56,643 nt of DNA from an uncultured Gammaproteobacteria bacterium (GTDB taxonomy: Bacteria > Patescibacteriota > Patescibacteriia > SG8-24), in assembly GCA_964486995.1 (NCBI GenBank), contig CAZAOV010000005.1, positions 13,903-70,545 on the forward strand, written 5' to 3'. Each line of letters starts with the position of its first letter. The first letter of the stretch is position 1. Below are positions 16,141-24,651 of this stretch, piece after piece. The notes under the pieces are model-generated. The model ran no database searches and was not told the origin of the DNA. It was given only the letters and a program-made list of their open reading frames with translations. The position numbers and the translations under genes were made by a program.

Positions 16141-16330
16141 TATACACCTCGTGGCGTCGGGCCGGGGTTTCTTACCGACCTAACTTGACACCCCGTCCCT
16201 GAGCTGGAATCCAGTCCTAGACACGCGCGGCGTCGGCCAGAAATTCGGAGCCCGCATCGAGCAGGGGGCAGGCTTACGTCTCAAGGCCGGACGGACACGG
16301 TTGGGGACCGGCGAAGCCTGCATTTAAAAA
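16141..16330. other. GC-rich structured non-coding segment, candidate ncRNA or element remnant
   Basis: About 190 nt with no ORF of 60 aa or more in any frame. Hairpin gcaggctt...aagcctgc (16268-16320). ggcgtcgg occurs twice. ccggggtttc (16161-16170) is the complement of the 10-mer in the 121-230 element. Confidence 0.4.
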
Positions 16331-16391
16331 ACACTCGGTGTCAGCCCAAGGATATTTATTCGGTAATCAAATTCAAATTTGTCAGCTAGCA

Positions 16392-16420
16392 TTGACGCTT
16401 GGTGGTTGATGTGCGATACT
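16392..16420 (+). promoter_or_regulatory. Sigma70-like promoter candidate
   Basis: TTGACG-17 nt-GATACT upstream of the GT4 gene. Confidence 0.5.
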
Positions 16421-16465
16421 TGGGCGCAGATTAGGGCTTCGCGATCTCATTCAATTACAAACAAT

Positions 16466-17506
16466 ATGCGAGTCGCCGAATTAGTCTCAAATTATCATAG
16501 CCTACCGCCTGTTAAGGCCGGCGCCATTTATCAGGTCGTGGATTGCATCACGAACGGTCTTTTGGATAAGGGACATGATGTGACGGTTTTTGGCTCAGGT
16601 GACTCAAAAACTAGGGCTAACTTGGTGTCAGTAACCGACAAATCAACCTCTAAGATGGGTTTGCCCAGCAATGGAGTTAACCACTACATGCATCTTTTAG
16701 CGTCAAAATGCTTCGAGATGGCGGATGAATTCGATATTATTCATAGCCACTTTAGTTTGATAAGCGCTTTCTATAGCCGGCTTGTCAAAACCCCGACCGT
16801 TCAAACGATTCATAGCAGTGTTACCGATGATGTTCGTCCGTTTCTAAAAGCATTTAAGGACCTTAATTACATCTCATTTTCGCATAGTCAGCGTCGCCAG
16901 GTGCCCGAACTGAATTGGATTGCCAACGTGTATCATGGCATCGATACCAAGAAGCTGAAATTCAAAGCTAAGCCCGACGATTATTACCTGTTCATGGGGC
17001 GAATCGTGCAGGAGAAGGGGCCACATTTGGCTATCGAAGCGGCCAAAGCTCTAGGCGCGAATATCGTAATTGCCGGACGTTCGTATGCGGATGACCAGTA
17101 CTGGCACAAGTATATAGAACCTCAGATTGATGGCCGACAGGTACGATTTATCGGTGAGGCCAGCAATAAGGATAAGATTACATTTTTTCGAAACGCCAAA
17201 GCGCTGCTGTTCCCAATTCAGTGGGAAGAACCGTTTGGTTTGGTTCTCATTGAGGCTATGGCCTGCGGTACGCCGGTCATTGGATACAACCGCGGCTCAG
17301 TCGCAGAGATAATTCGTGACGGAGAGACCGGCTACGTAGTCGAGGACGTAAAGGAGATGGTTGAGGCCATGAAAAAAATCGAGCATATCGATCGTTCCGC
17401 CTGCAGATACCGAGTCGAACACCTATTCAGCCAAGATAAGATGGTAAACGGATACGAGCGCGTGTTCGAGCGGGTGATAGATCAGTATTCCAGATTGCGG
17501 AAGTAA
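16466..17506 (+). CDS. Glycosyltransferase family 4
   Basis: EEPFGLVLIEAMACGTPVIGYNRGSVAEII is the GT4 (E-x7-E) signature. The start is set at MRVAEL, downstream of the promoter. Confidence 0.9.
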   Translation: MRVAELVSNYHSLPPVKAGAIYQVVDCITNGLLDKGHDVTVFGSGDSKTRANLVSVTDKSTSKMGLPSNGVNHYMHLLASKCFEMADEFDIIHSHFSLISAFYSRLVKTPTVQTIHSSVTDDVRPFLKAFKDLNYISFSHSQRRQVPELNWIANVYHGIDTKKLKFKAKPDDYYLFMGRIVQEKGPHLAIEAAKALGANIVIAGRSYADDQYWHKYIEPQIDGRQVRFIGEASNKDKITFFRNAKALLFPIQWEEPFGLVLIEAMACGTPVIGYNRGSVAEIIRDGETGYVVEDVKEMVEAMKKIEHIDRSACRYRVEHLFSQDKMVNGYERVFERVIDQYSRLRK

Positions 17507-17517
17507 AATTTGGCAAT

Positions 17518-17603
17518 AAAAACACCTCTCAATTGTCATTCCCACCGAAGTTAATCCTCGTATTGACGGGGCCGGAAATGAAATGTGATGAAGGGTGTTT
17601 TTT
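17518..17603. terminator. Long hairpin between convergent GT4 genes, containing a REP-like core
   Basis: aaaaacacc (17518-17526) pairs with ggtgttttt (17594-17602). The inner part holds tgtcattccc...ggaaatga. Confidence 0.5.
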
Positions 17604-17612
17604 GACGGTCTA

Positions 17613-18716
17613 TTATTTCTTTCCCCACAGGCGGTGCGCTTTTTGATAAAGCTTTTCGTAGTCGTTCGCCATTCTCTCTATACTGAAGCGGCGTTCCACA
17701 TAGCGACGACACTCTCGTCGGTCAATGGTATGAATTTTTTTCATGGCCGCCACCATTTCGCGCTTATTATTTACTATAAAGCCGGTCTTTCCGTGCTTGA
17801 TTACTTCTGGTACTGAACCGCGGCGGTAAGCGATGACCGGCGTACCGCAGGCCATAGCCTCTATCATCACCAGCCCAAACGGTTCTTCCCATTTGATTGG
17901 GAAAAGTAGGGCTTTTGCCTTGCCGTAAATTTCTGGCATCTCCGTATGGTCCGCGTTGCCACGGAACTGCACTTTGCCGTAACAGAGCTTCTTTATTTTT
18001 CTCAGATAGCTCTTGCTGTAATGTCGACCGTAAATGTCTAACCCCTGCCGTGTGATGCGGCAAGACGAAATCGCATCTTCAATACCTTTTTGTGGCACTA
18101 GGCGACTGGCAAATAGGAATCGATCGTTGTGGTCTTCACTGAACGAAAACAACTTTGTATCAACACCGTTATAGATATTCGCCGCATACGGCAATTTAGG
18201 GGCCGGTTTTCGTTGCGACATGCTGATTGATACTAAATGAGTTTTCGGTCCCTTGAATAGCTGCAAGGCTCGCTTGCCGTATGGGTTTATTGGGTCGTGA
18301 AAAGTAATCACGGAAGGCGTTTTAAACAAACCGACGAACGGTAATGCCCGTTCCGAATGAAAATGAAGTACGTCATAACGACCGTCATCCGCATCTTGCA
18401 GCATTTTAGAGATTAAATACTGGTCGAACAGTGCAATATGATTCAATCCGTATGGCATTTTTTTTCGTTCCGGCGTAATTTTTTTGATGAATTTCGGATC
18501 GGCGATCCCTTCTTTTAGCAGGCCAGAAACCGTATGAAATGGATTATTAGGCGAAGGCGGCGCATAGAAAGTCATCTCATGGCCCTGTTTGGAAATATGT
18601 CTGGCGATGTCTAGCGCCAAATCAATCGGAGCCCAAATGACTCCTTTTGGAACAGGAATCGCTCTTTGGCTAGTCACAAATTGGGCGATGCGAAGTTTTC
18701 GGTTTGTTGTAGGCAT
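17613..18716 (-). CDS. Glycosyltransferase family 4, paralog of 16466..17506
   Basis: EEPFGLVMIEAMACGTPVIAYRRGSVPEVI. The C-terminal half is highly similar to the convergent neighbour. Confidence 0.9.
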   Translation of the reverse strand: MPTTNRKLRIAQFVTSQRAIPVPKGVIWAPIDLALDIARHISKQGHEMTFYAPPSPNNPFHTVSGLLKEGIADPKFIKKITPERKKMPYGLNHIALFDQYLISKMLQDADDGRYDVLHFHSERALPFVGLFKTPSVITFHDPINPYGKRALQLFKGPKTHLVSISMSQRKPAPKLPYAANIYNGVDTKLFSFSEDHNDRFLFASRLVPQKGIEDAISSCRITRQGLDIYGRHYSKSYLRKIKKLCYGKVQFRGNADHTEMPEIYGKAKALLFPIKWEEPFGLVMIEAMACGTPVIAYRRGSVPEVIKHGKTGFIVNNKREMVAAMKKIHTIDRRECRRYVERRFSIERMANDYEKLYQKAHRLWGKK

Positions 18717-18818
18717 ACAAGCTGGTTACGAAAATCGCGGTTAGTATACATTTAGCACGGCAGGGTGGCAATTTTTTGCTCTTTTTTGTTAGTTGCGCTC
18801 GGTAAGGAGGTGGCAGGA

Positions 18819-19091
18819 ATGTTCAGAAACTCGGACGGCTTATCCGACTAACTGAAAAACGTCGGCACTATACGCTTTGGTGGAGCTATCACTATGATCA
18901 TGTTCCTGGGGCATTTCGTTGAAGATGCGGCGTGGGTGCATCTTGATATCGCTGGGCCAGCCTAAACGACAAAAAATACCGTGCCTTATCAACCTAAAGG
19001 CGCGACTGGTTTCGGCGCGCGGACTGTGATAAGATTTCTTCGTAACTTTAAACAATTATGTAGCTGCAAGGTCGGGTCACGTTCAATTTAG
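18819..19091 (+). pseudogene. Remnant of the 3' end of a leucyl aminopeptidase (M17, pepA) gene
   Basis: One frame reads [71 protein letters not shown]. This matches the PepA C-terminus (GGAITA...WAHLDIAG...KGATG) but carries in-frame TAA at 18849 and 18963. The N-terminal part of the gene, roughly 400 aa, is missing. Confidence 0.75.
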
Positions 19092-19207
19092 TAGGCACAT
19101 GCTTACTGGATCGCATAGTGGCAGAGCTTGTCCGATCTTAGAACTGTAAGAGCCCCCTGTCACCGAGGCAGAGACAGGCTTTACAGCTATAAATAGTAAT
19201 TAATTTT

Positions 19208-19492
19208 ATGGACGAGAAAAAAAACGAGCCACAAGAGGAACAAAAGCCCAGTGGCGATACGAAAGTAATCGTGTACTCAACCCCAACTTGCCCTTACTGT
19301 AAAATGGTCAAGCAATACTTCGATGAGAACGACGTGGCCTATGAGGATATTGACGTATCCAAGGACGAGAAGGCGGCCGAAGACATGGTCAGGAAATCCG
19401 GTCAGATGGGCGTGCCGGTTATCGACGTGCACGGTCAGATTATCGTGGGGTTCGATAAGGAAGAGCTCGCTGGCGCACTTGGTTTAAGCTAA
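19208..19492 (+). CDS. Glutaredoxin-like protein (CPYC)
   Basis: VIVYSTPTCPYCKMVKQYF...GVPVIDV is a thioredoxin-fold motif. Confidence 0.9.
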   Translation: MDEKKNEPQEEQKPSGDTKVIVYSTPTCPYCKMVKQYFDENDVAYEDIDVSKDEKAAEDMVRKSGQMGVPVIDVHGQIIVGFDKEELAGALGLS

Positions 19493-19505
19493 AAGCGATA
19501 GACAA

Positions 19506-19533
19506 CAAAAGCGTCCAAATGGGCGCTTTTGTT
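19506..19533 (+). terminator. Rho-independent terminator
   Basis: aaaagcgtcc-aaat-gggcgctttt hairpin. Confidence 0.75.
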
Positions 19534-19562
19534 ATTGACTTCAGGCTGTTTTTATCTTATTA
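19534..19562 (+). promoter_or_regulatory. Near-consensus sigma70 promoter giving a (nearly) leaderless thiI mRNA
   Basis: TTGACT-17 nt-TATTAT. Only 9 nt separate the -10 from the ATG at 19572, and there is no SD. Confidence 0.65.
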
Positions 19563-19571
19563 TGACCCACT

Positions 19572-20735
19572 ATGGCTGACTCAATTATCATCCACACAGA
19601 CGAGATTGCGCTTAAGGGCGGTAACAGGCACCAGTTTGAGCGAGCGTTGGTAAAGAATATCCGGAACCGATTGGTGGAAATCGGTGATTTTGAAGTCGTG
19701 AATCGTAAGGGGACGGTTGTGGTGCGGATCGGCAAGTCCATGAGCGAAGGTACGATTAGACAAGTGACTGAGGCGTTAAAATCGGTTTTTGGTATCGCTT
19801 ATTTCCGAGTGTCACATGAATGCAATGCGGATCTGTCGATTATTAAAAGACGTTCGGCTGAATTATGTTGCGAACTCTCCGGAACTTTCAGGGTAACCGC
19901 CAAACGTGGCAGTAAAAAATTTCCGCAGAAGTCCACGGAAATTATGCGACAGGTTGGCGGTGCGGTGCTGGCGGCGAATCAAAATCTAAAAGTTGATTTG
20001 CATAACCCGAATCATGTTTTGTATGTCGAAGTGAACGAAGACGGCGCTTTTGTCTCGCTTGACCGGACAGTCGGTGCAGGCGGCTTACCGACTGGAACCA
20101 CCGGTCGCGTGGTGGTGATGTTGTCCGGCGGAATCGATTCGCCGGTCGCCGCATATAAAGTGATGAGCCGTGGTTGCCGAGCAGTGTTTGTGCATTTTCA
20201 TAGTTATCCGCATGTCGGAAAAAAATCTATCGAGAAAGTTCGACGACTGGCGAAAATTCTAAATCGCTATCAATTGCGCAGTAAGCTGTTTATGGTGCCG
20301 TTTGCCAAGATTCAACGGGATATTACAGCTAAGACCGACGGAAAATTACGGGTGTTACTATATCGTCGTGCCATGTTACGCATCGCCGAGCGCATCGCAA
20401 ACGAGCAACATGCGTTGGGCTTGGTAACCGGAGACAGCATCGGACAAGTGGCATCGCAAACATTAGAAAACATTCGTACCGTTGGCGAGGCAGTTTCACT
20501 GCCCGTTCATCGACCGTTGATTGGTGAAGGTAAGTTGGAAATCGTGAATCGGGCCAAGCGTATAGGTACATTTGCGACTTCCATTGAGCCGCACGACGAC
20601 TGCTGCACCCTGTTTGTGCCGGATCATCCCGAACTGCGATCCACACCTGAACAGGTCGCCGCAGAAGAGCATAAGCTAGAACTTGACAAATTGATTGACG
20701 AGGCCATCTCACAAACCGAATCGGAAATGCTGTAA
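19572..20735 (+). CDS. thiI: tRNA 4-thiouridine synthase ThiI
   Basis: THUMP-type N-terminus and PP-loop SGGIDSPVAAY. Confidence 0.9.
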   Translation: MADSIIIHTDEIALKGGNRHQFERALVKNIRNRLVEIGDFEVVNRKGTVVVRIGKSMSEGTIRQVTEALKSVFGIAYFRVSHECNADLSIIKRRSAELCCELSGTFRVTAKRGSKKFPQKSTEIMRQVGGAVLAANQNLKVDLHNPNHVLYVEVNEDGAFVSLDRTVGAGGLPTGTTGRVVVMLSGGIDSPVAAYKVMSRGCRAVFVHFHSYPHVGKKSIEKVRRLAKILNRYQLRSKLFMVPFAKIQRDITAKTDGKLRVLLYRRAMLRIAERIANEQHALGLVTGDSIGQVASQTLENIRTVGEAVSLPVHRPLIGEGKLEIVNRAKRIGTFATSIEPHDDCCTLFVPDHPELRSTPEQVAAEEHKLELDKLIDEAISQTESEML

Positions 20736-20736
20736 T

Positions 20737-21426
20737 ATGCCAGGCACTCTATATATAATCGCCACTCCAATTGGAAATCTTAGTGATATTTCTCAACGCG
20801 CGCTGGAAACACTGCGTTCGGTGGACCTGCTTTTATGCGAAGACACGCGAGTTACTCGTAAATTACTGAATAGATTTGAGATTTCCGTTCCGACCGAAAG
20901 CTACCGAGAGCACAACCATGAAGCTAAGTTGGGCCACGTATTAGAATTAATGGAGCAGGGGAGTGATGTGGGGTTGGTGAGCGATGCCGGAACGCCCGGC
21001 ATCAGTGATCCCGGAAGTCGGTTGGTAAGAGATTTACTCGCAGAAAATTCGGAGCTGAACATTGTGACAGTTCCCGGACCAAGCGCGGTTACGGCTGCGG
21101 TCAGCATGGCGGGCTTTCCGGCTGACGGCTTTACCTTCCTGGGTTTTCCGCCGCACAAAAAGGGACGCAATAATTTTTTTCGACAGGCGGTCGAATATCC
21201 GCATCCGGTCGTGCTTTATGAATCGCCACACCGTATACTAAAGGCGCTCGCCAGCATCAGTGATCTCGCGCGAGAACGCAAGCTGTGCGTATTGCGGGAG
21301 TTGACCAAGCTGCATGAAACAACATATCGTGGCACGGCGAACGAAATTTTGGCCGCATTGGGAGATGTACCTAAAGGAGAATTCGTTATAATTATTGACA
21401 GAAAAAATAAGCGCATGAGCGCATGA
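20737..21426 (+). CDS. rsmI: 16S rRNA (cytidine1402-2'-O)-methyltransferase RsmI
   Basis: GTLYIIATPIGNLSDISQRALETL...LLCEDTR is a tetrapyrrole-methylase-fold signature. The ATG is 1 nt after the thiI stop. Confidence 0.9.
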   Translation: MPGTLYIIATPIGNLSDISQRALETLRSVDLLLCEDTRVTRKLLNRFEISVPTESYREHNHEAKLGHVLELMEQGSDVGLVSDAGTPGISDPGSRLVRDLLAENSELNIVTVPGPSAVTAAVSMAGFPADGFTFLGFPPHKKGRNNFFRQAVEYPHPVVLYESPHRILKALASISDLARERKLCVLRELTKLHETTYRGTANEILAALGDVPKGEFVIIIDRKNKRMSA

Positions 21427-21436
21427 ATGCGTAAGA

Positions 21437-21476
21437 GTGTAAGCGATTCCTCAGATTCGCCCACGGTCGCTTACAC
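21437..21476 (+). promoter_or_regulatory. 10-bp perfect hairpin in the metG leader
   Basis: gtgtaagcga (21437-21446) pairs with tcgcttacac (21467-21476) across a 20-nt loop, 25 nt before the metG ATG. Confidence 0.55.
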
Positions 21477-21501
21477 CCTGACCAGCTCACACCTTCAACA
21501 T

Positions 21502-23037
21502 ATGCCGGGAAAATTTTACGTCACAACACCCATCTACTACATCAACGACAAGCCTCATATCGGTCATGTCTATACGACAATCGCGGCTGACGTTTTGGCG
21601 CGGTATCATCGCATGCGCGGTGATAACGTGTTCTTTTTGACCGGAACGGACGAGAACAGCCAGAAAAACGTAGAAGCTGCCGAAAAGCATGGCTACAAAA
21701 GCATTCAGGAGTATTTGGATATGATGGCGACAACTTGGCAAAAGACATTTGCCGATTTGCAGATGACCAATGATTATTTCATTCGCACCACCGACGATCG
21801 GCATCAAGCCGGCGTAAGGAAATTCTGGGAGATGGTCGCGGCCAAGGGTGATATCTATGAAGGAGAGTACGAAGGCCTGTATTGCACCGGCTGCGAAGGC
21901 TTCAAGGCTGAAAGTGATTTGGTTGACGGTGAGTGCCCTCTGCACAAAAAAGCTCCAGAGATTCTTATGGAGAAGAATTATTTTTTCAAAGTAACCGCCT
22001 ACCGCGAGGCATTGCTGAAACATATCGATGAGAATCCGAATTTCATCCAGCCTGTATCGCGAAGAAACGAGGTGCGGAGCTATGTTGAGAATTTCATGGA
22101 GGATTTCAGCATCTCGCGCGAAGTCGGTGCGGTGAAGACCGGTATTCCGGTTCCGGGTGACGAGTCTCAGGTTATTTATGTTTGGTTCGACGCACTGATT
22201 AATTATATGACCGGTGTGGGATTCGGGACGGATGATAATAGCTATAAGAAGTGGTGGCCAGCGGACGTTCATCTGGTTGGTAAAGACATCATCAAGTTTC
22301 ATTGTGCCTTGTGGCCGGCCATGCTGATGTCGGCGGGCCAGCCGCTACCGAAAAAAGTATTTGCGCACGGTTTTTTCACCATCGACGGCGACAAGATGTC
22401 CAAGTCATTGGGCAATGTAATTGATCCACTTGATGTGGCGGAGAGATACGGCCGCGATCCGCTGCGCTATTTCTTGCTGAAGGAGATTACGTTCGGGGAA
22501 GACGGCGACTTTTCTCTGAAGAGACTGGAAGAGCGCTATAACAATGATTTGGCAAACGACTTGGGAAATCTGCTGCACCGTTCATTGTCGATGATCGAAA
22601 AATATCGTGAAGGTAAGGTGTCTGCATCCGCTCGCATGTCTTTTTGCCTCGTCGATGAAAACGATATTGATTATCTATGGAAACGATATCAGGATAGGTT
22701 AGAAAATTTTGATTTTAATTCTGCGTTTGAATATGGAGTCTGGCGCATCGTCCGCGAGCTTAATGGCTATATAGACAATGAGAAGCCGTGGGTTTTGGCA
22801 AAAGAAAACCAAGAAAGATTGGATGTCGTTCTCTACAATCTCGCAGAAGGCCTCCGCCATATTGCTTGGATGCTCAAACCGTTCATGCCCGAGACATCAG
22901 ATAAAATCTTCACCCAGCTCGGAATCGCCGACCAGGAGGTCGAAAAGACCTATGAACAGGCTAAGCGGTGGGGCGGAATTCCAGAAAATGCTACAATAGC
23001 CAAAGGAGAACCACTGTTCCCGCGTCTTGAAGAGTAG
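21502..23037 (+). CDS. metG: Methionyl-tRNA synthetase
   Basis: HIGH-type motif PHIGHVYT and KMSKS. The start is set at MPGKFYVTTPIYY. Confidence 0.95.
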   Translation: MPGKFYVTTPIYYINDKPHIGHVYTTIAADVLARYHRMRGDNVFFLTGTDENSQKNVEAAEKHGYKSIQEYLDMMATTWQKTFADLQMTNDYFIRTTDDRHQAGVRKFWEMVAAKGDIYEGEYEGLYCTGCEGFKAESDLVDGECPLHKKAPEILMEKNYFFKVTAYREALLKHIDENPNFIQPVSRRNEVRSYVENFMEDFSISREVGAVKTGIPVPGDESQVIYVWFDALINYMTGVGFGTDDNSYKKWWPADVHLVGKDIIKFHCALWPAMLMSAGQPLPKKVFAHGFFTIDGDKMSKSLGNVIDPLDVAERYGRDPLRYFLLKEITFGEDGDFSLKRLEERYNNDLANDLGNLLHRSLSMIEKYREGKVSASARMSFCLVDENDIDYLWKRYQDRLENFDFNSAFEYGVWRIVRELNGYIDNEKPWVLAKENQERLDVVLYNLAEGLRHIAWMLKPFMPETSDKIFTQLGIADQEVEKTYEQAKRWGGIPENATIAKGEPLFPRLEE

Positions 23038-23084
23038 ATGATTTTCGCTGTCTCCCACTAAAACACCACACTAAAGGAGGAGTC

Positions 23085-23597
23085 ATGAACGCAATCGATA
23101 TAACACTAATCATAATGTTGGCCGGTTTTGTGCTGGCAGGGCTATGGTTTGGAGTGATTCAAATGATTGGATCGGTGCTAGGGGTGTTGGTTGGCGCAGT
23201 GGGTGCAGGGCAATTTTACGGTCAAGCATCAGATATTCTTCTTCCGCTAGTTGGCGGCAATGAAAATTTAGCCAAGTTATTGGCGTTCTTCGGGCTTTTT
23301 ATCGTGATAAACCGTCTGGTCGGTTTTATTTTTTATTTTATCGAGAAGCTGTTTAATATCGTAGCCGTTATCCCTTTTCTCAAGACGTTCAACAGGTTAT
23401 TGGGTGCGCTACTGGGTTTAATCGAGGGTACGTTAATTCTTGGTCTATTGGTTTTCTTTGCGGGCCGCTTTCCATATTCCGAATCGTTCGCCATGATGCT
23501 CACCGAATCTTCCATTGCTCGTGCATTTAATGTAGTAGGTTCTATTTTAGCGCCTTTGCTTCCGGATGCAGTGCGAGCAATTAGAACAATTTTCTAG
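23085..23597 (+). CDS. cvpA: CvpA-family membrane protein
   Basis: AAAGGAGG SD. The multi-TM profile and N-terminus are typical of colicin V production protein. Confidence 0.8.
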   Translation: MNAIDITLIIMLAGFVLAGLWFGVIQMIGSVLGVLVGAVGAGQFYGQASDILLPLVGGNENLAKLLAFFGLFIVINRLVGFIFYFIEKLFNIVAVIPFLKTFNRLLGALLGLIEGTLILGLLVFFAGRFPYSESFAMMLTESSIARAFNVVGSILAPLLPDAVRAIRTIF

Positions 23598-23600
23598 CGT

Positions 23601-24446
23601 ATGATAGTTAAACCGACGATTATTGATACTCACGTCCATCTAGACGACTCTTTATACGAGCGGGATTTGGATGTCGTCGTTCGTCATGCGCAGGATGAGG
23701 GTGTTTGGATTATCACGGTTGGCAAGGACTATACCTCATCGGTACAGGCGGTAAACATCGCGGAGCGATACTCTAATGTTTTTGCTGCGATTGGTTTGCA
23801 TCCGCTCAAAATTGGCGGTGCAGTTCGTTCTGAGGATAAGTTGCTAGACACTAGTCGGTATATGGAACTAGCGAAGCATCCGAAAGTAGTGGCCTTGGGT
23901 GAAACTGGGCTTGATTTTCATGATTTGCCGCATGGTAAGCGAAAGAGCCCCGGGTTCCAACTTGCTGAACGGATCAAGGACAATCAGCGGAAAGTGTTTG
24001 CGCGTTTCCTTGAGATGTCACGCGAATTGCGATTGCCGCTGATGCTGCACTGTCGCGAAGCGCATAACGAAATGCTTAAGCTGCTCGAAACTTGGGATAG
24101 AGCAACCAGCGGCTTTGATTCTCGCGGTGTGGTTCATTGTTTTTCCGGAAATTGGAAGCAGGCCAAGCGATATTTCAATTTGGATTTCATGATTTCAGTC
24201 ACCGGTATCATGAGTCATGGCGGCCATCAGGGCGAATTACTGAAGAAGGCTCCGCTGTCTAGACTTTTGGCGGAAAGTGATTGTCCGCATTTAACGCCGA
24301 TACCATGGAGCATTCGTCGTAGTGAACCGGCCTATGTGCGCTCAACGGCCGCTAATCTTGCGGGATTACGCAAAATGAGCACGGCAGAGGTGGAGTCGCA
24401 GCTTTTACAAAACGCGCTACAGGTATTTAAAAGAATATCCAGATGA
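23601..24446 (+). CDS. TatD-family metal-dependent hydrolase
   Basis: IDTHVHLDD..., GETGLDF, HCR..., VHCFSG and ESDCPHL metal-ligand motifs. Confidence 0.9.
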   Translation: MIVKPTIIDTHVHLDDSLYERDLDVVVRHAQDEGVWIITVGKDYTSSVQAVNIAERYSNVFAAIGLHPLKIGGAVRSEDKLLDTSRYMELAKHPKVVALGETGLDFHDLPHGKRKSPGFQLAERIKDNQRKVFARFLEMSRELRLPLMLHCREAHNEMLKLLETWDRATSGFDSRGVVHCFSGNWKQAKRYFNLDFMISVTGIMSHGGHQGELLKKAPLSRLLAESDCPHLTPIPWSIRRSEPAYVRSTAANLAGLRKMSTAEVESQLLQNALQVFKRISR

Positions 24447-24651
24447 TATACGGCCCTAACATGGATACATAGGTAAGCGCAATGAATCCGTTGAAGCGGT
24501 CGTACCTGAAGGGTTCCGGTGTTTCGCTATTCGACATCGAGCAAATGACAGCACCCGGAGTTCTCCCGGCTTTTTTATTTGCATAATGATTTATGCGAAT
24601 TGCACCCTTTTAATCTGACCGTTATTCTGAAAATATTTATTGGCAAGAATT

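Noticed and set aside
16141-16330. SRP RNA, RNase P RNA, tmRNA, 6S RNA or a known riboswitch
   Set aside because: I could not find the diagnostic motifs on either strand: the SRP GGAA-tetraloop domain IV, the RNase P GAGGAAAGUCC, the tmRNA tag or acceptor end, or the TPP, ykkC or c-di-GMP cores. It is kept only as an unclassified structured segment.
18849-18965. In-frame TAA codons as evidence of stop-codon recoding
   Set aside because: The homologous region covers only the last ~85 residues of PepA and has no upstream coding part. TAA is used as a normal stop by many genes in the window. Pseudogene decay explains it better.
21487-22302. A 271-aa minus-strand ORF inside metG
   Set aside because: It is fully antisense to an unambiguous methionyl-tRNA synthetase and has no start signals. 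The same reasoning applies to 4401..5165, 11020..11505, 36423..37028 and 47489..48034.
24447-24651. A possible tRNA or small RNA in the 205-nt spacer between the tatD paralogs
   Set aside because: There is no cloverleaf or T-loop (GGTTCGAAT-like) signature. Only weak hairpins are present, so nothing reportable.
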